From positions 18,155 to 82,154 of the forward strand of contig JBBDRC010000236.1 in the NCBI GenBank assembly GCA_040905625.1: a stretch of DNA of 64,000 bases. The letters run 5' to 3'. This DNA comes from Kiritimatiellia bacterium (GTDB lineage Bacteria; Verrucomicrobiota; Kiritimatiellia; SS1-B-03-39; UBA6053). Within the stretch, counting starts at the first letter, position 1, and every line of letters begins with the position of its first letter. Below the pieces are notes generated by a model, which did no database searches, was not told the origin of the DNA, and saw only the letters and a program-made list of their open reading frames with translations. Below, one piece after another: positions 58,949-64,000 of the stretch. Position numbers and translations under genes: made by a program.

Positions 58949-59772
58949 AACAACACCACCTGATCCGACAACTTGGACTGATCGGCCTGATGTCCGTCAA
59001 TGCCTGCCTCTACGCGCAGGAAACCTATGAAGGATTGGTGGAGCCGGTTCGCGATGTGCTGATGGGACCGCCGGTCGCCGGCCGGGTGGAGCAGCTGCTG
59101 GCGGGGGAAGGCGATCGGGTGAAAGCGGGCGATACCCTGCTGCGCCTGCACGACGCGGTTGAGCGGCTTGAGGTTAAGCGCCGTGAGTTGGTATTGGATG
59201 ACCAAGCCGAATTGGAAGCGGCCCGACACCGCCGTGATTTGCTGAAAGACGATTTGGAGTCCACCCGCAATTTATTTGAAACCACTGCATCGGTCAGCCG
59301 CGACGAATTGGCCCGCAAAACCGTGGAGGCGCTGCTCAGCGAAGTGGAATACGGACGGCTTGAACAGGTGGAGCGCCGCGAAGAGGCGGAGTTGGCCATC
59401 GCCAAAGAGCGCCTGGCGCAATACAGCATTATCGCCCCGTTTGACGGGGTTTTGGCGGAGTTGAGTGTGGACGAAGGTGAAAGCGTACAGGCCGGTCAGC
59501 CGGTGCTGCGGTTTGTGGATGTGTCGAGTGCCTATCTGGTGTTGAACCTGCCGGCGGAACTGGTTTCGAGCCTGCAGGAAGGCAAAAAAGTGACCCTGAA
59601 TTTTGACCGGACCCGGGAACTGCGGAAGCCGGCGGAGGTGACCTTTATTTCCCCGGTGATCGATCCCGCCAGCGGTTTGCGCAAAGTGAAAATGCGGTTT
59701 AAAAATGATCCCCCCCGGGTGGAGCCGGGCCGCATTGGCACCTGGACAACCGCAGGTGATGCCGATGAGTGA
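58945..59772 (+). CDS. Periplasmic adaptor / membrane fusion protein (HlyD/RND MFP family)
   Basis: Lipoyl halves PVAGRVEQLLAGEGDRVKAGDTLLRL and IIAPFDGVLAELSVDEGESVQAGQPV flank a coiled coil, followed by VTFISPVIDPASG. GTGA overlap with the tolC-family stop. The N-terminus looks like a cleavable signal (LYA|Q). Confidence 0.92.
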   Translation: MKQHHLIRQLGLIGLMSVNACLYAQETYEGLVEPVRDVLMGPPVAGRVEQLLAGEGDRVKAGDTLLRLHDAVERLEVKRRELVLDDQAELEAARHRRDLLKDDLESTRNLFETTASVSRDELARKTVEALLSEVEYGRLEQVERREEAELAIAKERLAQYSIIAPFDGVLAELSVDEGESVQAGQPVLRFVDVSSAYLVLNLPAELVSSLQEGKKVTLNFDRTRELRKPAEVTFISPVIDPASGLRKVKMRFKNDPPRVEPGRIGTWTTAGDADE

Positions 59773-61615
59773 ATCTGATCAGGCCCCCTGGGTAAGTGCT
59801 ATTGCCGATTTGTTGGATTTCTCCGGGGACCCGGCCCGGTTTTGGGAAAATCTCTGCCGGACCGCAGTGGAAATATCTGAAGGATATTCGGCGACCGCCT
59901 ATGTGGATGCCAAAGGCAACGGGGCCTGGCAATGTGTGGGCGTTTGGCCAAAGGAACCGGCCTCCGCGCGTCAACTGGCGCTGCACGACTGCGCGCCGCT
60001 GCTGGCCAAAGACTGTGCCAAAGAAAAATCCGCCGCGCTTTTCCGTCCGCTGCCGGGTGAGCCCAATCGCTGTGCCACGGCGGTATTGCAACCGCTTCCC
60101 GGTGGGCAGGCCCGGATCGTTTTGGTGGTGACCCTGCCACCTCCGCCGACCGAATCGGATCAGTTGCTGTCCCAGGATCGACTGCGCAGTCTGGTGTCCG
60201 CCGCGCCGGCCTATCAGGTTCAGCATGCCCTGCAGCGTGCCCGCTCGGATGTGGGACATTTTTCCAACGTGCTCGACCTGATGACCATGCTCAACGGACA
60301 GGAAAAGTTCGTGGGCGCAGGCATGCTGCTGGTCAACGAACTGTCCTCCCGCCTTCGCTCGGACCGGGTGAGTCTGGGCTGGCTGAATAAAGAATATATC
60401 CGGGTCAAAGTCGTCAGCCACATGGAGAATTTCTCCAAAAATATGGAAGGGGTGCAGGAACTGGAGGCCGCCATGGAGGAAGCCTTTGAACAGGATGCCG
60501 AAGTGATGTGGCCGGTTTCGCCCGATGAGGCGGACGCGCCACTGATCAGCCGGGACCATCAGCGTTTTGCCGAAACCCAAACCGCCGGCCACGTGGTCTC
60601 GGTGCCGATCCGTGATCAGGATCAACCGGTCGCCGTTTTAACCCTGGAACGCAAATCCGAACCCTATACCGAAGCGGAACTGCGCTGGCTGCGGCTCTGT
60701 GCGGACCAAATCGGTCCCCGCATGATCCATCTGGAGGCCACAGATGTGTGGTTCGGAAAGCGCTGGGCGCGGCGGATGATGAAAGCCGCGAAATCGTTGG
60801 TGGGGATCGAGCATACCGGCTGGAAAATATTTGGTATCATCGGTGTGCTGCTCATGGCCTTTCTGTTTTTTGGCCGTTGGCCGCACCGTCTGCGGGGTGA
60901 TTTCGAACTCAAATCAGAAAACGTCCGCGTATTGCCTGCTCCATTTAACGGATTTATCGACGAAGCCCTGGTTGATAAAGGTCAGCTGGTCAGTTCGGGT
61001 CAGCTCCTGCTGCAGATGGATACCCGTGAGCTGCTCATTGAAAAAGCCTCCGCGCTGGCGGATGTCTCCCGCTACACCCGGGAAATGGAGAAAGCCCGTG
61101 CGTCACGTGAGTTGGCGAACATGCAAATGTCCGCCGCCATGGCGGAACAGGCCGAGGCGCGGCTGGGTCTGGTGAACGACCGCCTGTTGCGGGCAAAACT
61201 GACTGCGCCCTTTGACGGCGCGGTGGTGGATGGCGATCTGCGTGACCGCGCCGGCGCGCCGGTGCGTCAGGGCGATGTGCTCTTCCGGATTGCCCGTTGG
61301 GATGACATGCGGGTGACCGCGGATCTGGATGAAAGCGATATCGATTATTTAAAACCTGGAGCAGAGGCGCGGCTGATTTTTGCCAGCCGCCCGGAGGAGC
61401 CGGTGAAAGCGCGGGTGCTGAGTGTGGAGCCCATGGCGCAAACCCGCGAAAGCCGGAATGTGTTTGTGGCCCGGCTGGTGATCGAGTCCGATGAAGAACC
61501 CTGGTGGCGTCCGGGGATGAGCGGCACCGTGCGGGTGGATGCAGGCAAACGCCGCCCGATCTGGATCCTCACCCGCCGCACGCTTGATTATTTCCGTCTG
61601 CGATGGGGGTGGTAA
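59765..61615 (+). CDS. GAF domain(s) + TM helix + HlyD-type membrane fusion protein
   Basis: Likely start ATG 59765 (AGGTG upstream, overlapping the previous stop) rather than 59705. GAF-like NEL...DRVSLG...AAMEEA...SVPI...VAVLTLER (60317-60718). TM helix WKIFGIIGVLLMAFLFFG. MFP motifs APFNGFI and LTAPFDGAVV...GAPVRQGDVLF. C-terminal RPGMSG. Confidence 0.88.
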   Translation: MSESDQAPWVSAIADLLDFSGDPARFWENLCRTAVEISEGYSATAYVDAKGNGAWQCVGVWPKEPASARQLALHDCAPLLAKDCAKEKSAALFRPLPGEPNRCATAVLQPLPGGQARIVLVVTLPPPPTESDQLLSQDRLRSLVSAAPAYQVQHALQRARSDVGHFSNVLDLMTMLNGQEKFVGAGMLLVNELSSRLRSDRVSLGWLNKEYIRVKVVSHMENFSKNMEGVQELEAAMEEAFEQDAEVMWPVSPDEADAPLISRDHQRFAETQTAGHVVSVPIRDQDQPVAVLTLERKSEPYTEAELRWLRLCADQIGPRMIHLEATDVWFGKRWARRMMKAAKSLVGIEHTGWKIFGIIGVLLMAFLFFGRWPHRLRGDFELKSENVRVLPAPFNGFIDEALVDKGQLVSSGQLLLQMDTRELLIEKASALADVSRYTREMEKARASRELANMQMSAAMAEQAEARLGLVNDRLLRAKLTAPFDGAVVDGDLRDRAGAPVRQGDVLFRIARWDDMRVTADLDESDIDYLKPGAEARLIFASRPEEPVKARVLSVEPMAQTRESRNVFVARLVIESDEEPWWRPGMSGTVRVDAGKRRPIWILTRRTLDYFRLRWGW

Positions 61616-63769
61616 ATGGCCGGTTCCCCTCGTATGTACAGTGAGCATTGGTATCGGGTGGCCAACCAGCGGGTCGCCCTGCGTCCGGGCGTGCATACCC
61701 GGCGTCAGCGCTTCCGTGGTGAAACCTGGCGGGTGCTGTATGATCCTTTTGCCCACAACTTTTATCGGCTGAGACCGGCTGCCTATGCCTTCGTGGCCCG
61801 GCTGTCTCCCGACCGCACGGTCGAGGAGGTCTGGAACGAATGTCTCGAGGAAATGCCCGGGGAGGCTCCGGGGCAGGGGGAAGTCATCCAGTTGCTGGCT
61901 CAGTTGTATTTATCCAATCTGTTACAACTGGATCTGCCGCCGGATGCGCGGCAATTTTTCGAACGCTACCGTAAACGCAAACAGAAAGAAAAGGCCTCGT
62001 ATCTTTCCTACATTATGTTTGCCCGTTTTCCGCTGTTTGATCCGGACGATCTGCTCAACCGCATTAAACCCTATATCCGCATGATGTTCAGCCGGCCCGG
62101 ATTTGTGATCTGGCTGGCGGTGGTGCTGGGGGCGGTCAAAGTGGCGATCGATCACGCCGGATTGCTGGCGGATCAAAGTCAGGGAGTGCTCGCGCCCGGT
62201 AATTTGTTTATGCTGTATGTGTCGCTGGTGTTTATCAAAGCCCTGCACGAATTCGGACACGCCTTTGCCTGTAAACGTTACGGCGGCGAAGTGCATGTGA
62301 TGGGCATTATGCTCATGATTTTCACCCCGATTCCCTATGTGGATGCGACCGCGAGCTGGGCTTTCCGGCGGCGTCGGAAACGGATTCTGGTGGCCTGTTC
62401 GGGCATGATTGTGGAGTTGTTTGTGGCCGCGATTGCCACCTTTATCTGGGCCAATACCGGACCCGGAAATCTGAATGCGCTTTGTTACAATCTGATGTTT
62501 ATCGCCTCGGTGTCCACGGTGTTGTTTAACGCCAATCCGCTGTTGCGCTATGACGGATATTATATTCTGTCGGATCTGCTGGATATTCCCAATCTGAGTC
62601 AGCGATCGCAGCAGCAATTGCGCAGCTGGGCTCAGCGCCGTATTCTCGGACGCAAGGCCGCGGTTTCGCCGGCGCAGACCCGCTGGGAGGCGGCCACCCT
62701 GGGAATGTACGGTGTGCTCAGCGGTCTTTACCGGGTGCTCGTTTTCGGGGGCATTATCCTTTTTGTCAGCAAACGCTTTTTGCTGGCGGGCATTGTCATG
62801 GCCGCCATCTGTATTATCTCCTGGATGCTGGTGCCCCTCTTTAAATTCATTCACTATCTGTTTACCGACCCCTCCCTGGAACGGAACCGGTTGCGGGCGA
62901 TCGGGGTGAGTGCCGGCCTCGCCGTGCTGTTGGGCTTGCTGATGGGGGTGGTGCCTTTTCCCTCCTCCTTTGTGTCTCCGGGCGTCTTGCTTTCCACCCG
63001 GATGACAGAAGTGCCGGCCCGCACCAACGGTCAAATTTTGCAAATGCAGACGGTCTCGGGCCGTTCGGTGACACCGGGAATGCCGCTGGTACGCCTGGAG
63101 GATGACGAATGGGCGTACCGCTGGGAAGATGAAAAAGCACTGAAGAAACATACTTTGGCCCTGAGACGCCGTGCGCTTAATCAGGGCGGGGTTGATTTAA
63201 GTGTGATCGATGAGCATCTGGAATTGATGGACCGCAGACTGGCCCGGCTCGAGGCGGACCGCCGTCAGTTGCAGGTCACCGCACCGGTGGCGGGGACCTG
63301 GGTGGCGGGCGCACTGGACGAACTCAAGGGCATGCCGGTTGAACGTGGTGGCGTGTTGGGATATGTCATCGATCCCGGCGAATTTATTGCGGTGGCCGTG
63401 ATTTCCCAGGATGCGGCCCGCTGGCTGTTCGACGAATCAGGCATTCGGCGGGGACGCATGCGCCTAAAGGGCTCCGCCCAGGCACCGCTGGAACTGGTCG
63501 ATTGGCAAATGATTCCCGCCGAGCAGCGTCGTCTGCCCAGCCCGGCACTGGGATGGCAGGGAGGAGGAGAAGTGGCGGTGACCGGCGAGGACAGCAAGGG
63601 GGTGACCGCCCTGCGCAGTTTCTTTGAGGTCCGGGCCCGGGTGGATGCCGCCGGCCAGGATTTGGCCCTGGTGCATGGCCGCACCGGTCGGATTCGTTTC
63701 CGCATTGCGCCCGAACCGTTATGGCGTCAGGCCTACCGCCGCATCCGCCAGATTCTCTCCGACGATTAA
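61616..63769 (+). CDS. PqqD-like N-domain + M50 (site-2) intramembrane metallopeptidase + C-terminal MFP/lipoyl domain
   Basis: Zn motifs HEFGH (62246-62260) and NANPLLRYDG (62528-62557), with multiple TM helices. N-terminal VLYDP...FYRL...TVEEVW...VIQLLAQL winged-helix pattern. C-terminal VPARTNGQI...VTAPVAGTW lipoyl halves. The ATG directly follows the upstream TAA. Confidence 0.9.
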   Translation: MAGSPRMYSEHWYRVANQRVALRPGVHTRRQRFRGETWRVLYDPFAHNFYRLRPAAYAFVARLSPDRTVEEVWNECLEEMPGEAPGQGEVIQLLAQLYLSNLLQLDLPPDARQFFERYRKRKQKEKASYLSYIMFARFPLFDPDDLLNRIKPYIRMMFSRPGFVIWLAVVLGAVKVAIDHAGLLADQSQGVLAPGNLFMLYVSLVFIKALHEFGHAFACKRYGGEVHVMGIMLMIFTPIPYVDATASWAFRRRRKRILVACSGMIVELFVAAIATFIWANTGPGNLNALCYNLMFIASVSTVLFNANPLLRYDGYYILSDLLDIPNLSQRSQQQLRSWAQRRILGRKAAVSPAQTRWEAATLGMYGVLSGLYRVLVFGGIILFVSKRFLLAGIVMAAICIISWMLVPLFKFIHYLFTDPSLERNRLRAIGVSAGLAVLLGLLMGVVPFPSSFVSPGVLLSTRMTEVPARTNGQILQMQTVSGRSVTPGMPLVRLEDDEWAYRWEDEKALKKHTLALRRRALNQGGVDLSVIDEHLELMDRRLARLEADRRQLQVTAPVAGTWVAGALDELKGMPVERGGVLGYVIDPGEFIAVAVISQDAARWLFDESGIRRGRMRLKGSAQAPLELVDWQMIPAEQRRLPSPALGWQGGGEVAVTGEDSKGVTALRSFFEVRARVDAAGQDLALVHGRTGRIRFRIAPEPLWRQAYRRIRQILSDD

Positions 63770-63775
63770 GCCGTT

Positions 63776-64000
63776 ATGAAAGTACCTTCCGAAGACTATC
63801 ACCGTCTGCACGTGCGCAAACTCAAGCCGCCTCCCCGCGGCCTGGACGCACTGGCCTATCAGGGGGTGGGACTGGCCGGACGCATGGGGGGGCGCCGCAA
63901 AAAACTGCAGGCACTGACCGAAAACGTGCAGGGGCACGCCGCAGAATTGGAAACCCTTTCCGACCGGCATTTACGTGAACAGCTTGAGGAACACCGCACG
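63776..64000 (+). CDS. Probable secondary SecA (SecA_DEAD) ATPase, N-terminal 75 codons, 3'-truncated
   Basis: The ATG lies 6 nt after the M50 stop and the frame is open to the window end: MKVPSEDYHRLHVRKLKPPPRGLDALAYQGVGLAGRMGGRRKKLQALTENVQGHAAELETLSDRHLREQLEEHRT. ELETLSDRHLREQLEEHR resembles the SecA N-terminal (E)xLSDxEL helix, and the gene context fits. ATPase motifs are not in the window. Confidence 0.6.
   Translation, partial: MKVPSEDYHRLHVRKLKPPPRGLDALAYQGVGLAGRMGGRRKKLQALTENVQGHAAELETLSDRHLREQLEEHRT

Noticed and set aside
59705-59764. Longer N-terminus for the GAF-MFP gene
   Set aside because: It would overlap the upstream MFP gene by 68 nt. ATG 59765 has an SD-like AGGTG and a typical short overlap.
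57416-63769. Ordinary drug-efflux or bacteriocin (RiPP) export operon
   Set aside because: The window has no RND/ABC/MFS pump, short precursor peptide or modifying enzyme. The neighbouring genes are giant secreted proteins.
260-63970. Numerous minus-strand and alternate-frame ORFs in the ORF track (for example 8508-9929, 10005-11570, 16893-18497, 34704-36485, 61922-63151)
   Set aside because: They lie entirely within long + strand genes and have no recognisable motifs. They are the expected antisense shadows of GC-biased, repetitive codon usage.
63721-63978. 85-aa ORF listed at the 3' end
   Set aside because: It overlaps the M50 gene end and has low-complexity Arg/Pro sequence. The frame starting at 63776 is the better gene.

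Overview
GC-rich bacterial DNA, probably from the PVC superphylum (Verrucomicrobiota/Kiritimatiellota-like; inferred from the LEPRxLL leader and the C-terminal domain of ORF3). Every credible gene is on the + strand. About 55.7 kb of the 64 kb encodes two tandem giant surface proteins. ORF1 is truncated at the 5' edge and is over 13,240 aa. It is a mosaic of beta-meander repeats, Ig-like repeats, RTX Ca-binding repeats, flagellin/sheath-like modules, PPC, FG-GAP, MAM-like, P-domains, ELWxxDGT propellers, LRR, LamG and a C-terminal beta-helix. ORF2 (5,306 aa) is a haemagglutinin-like beta-helix protein with an N-terminal LEPRxLL leader. Next come a Sec-exported BNR-repeat protein and a tightly coupled export operon: TolC-family channel, periplasmic adaptor (MFP), GAF-MFP fusion, PqqD-like/M50 peptidase/MFP fusion, and the start of a probable secondary SecA-like ATPase that is cut by the window edge and missing from the ORF track. 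No ABC transporter is present in the window. The best candidate system is a non-canonical type-I-like exporter for giant LEPRxLL proteins, driven by SecA-like and M50 components. Two other notable features are the homology between the ORF1 C-terminus and the ORF2 N-terminus, and multi-level domain-in-domain nesting in ORF1. I saw no RNA genes, CRISPR arrays or mobile elements. All domain calls come from motif recognition by eye, not HMM searches.
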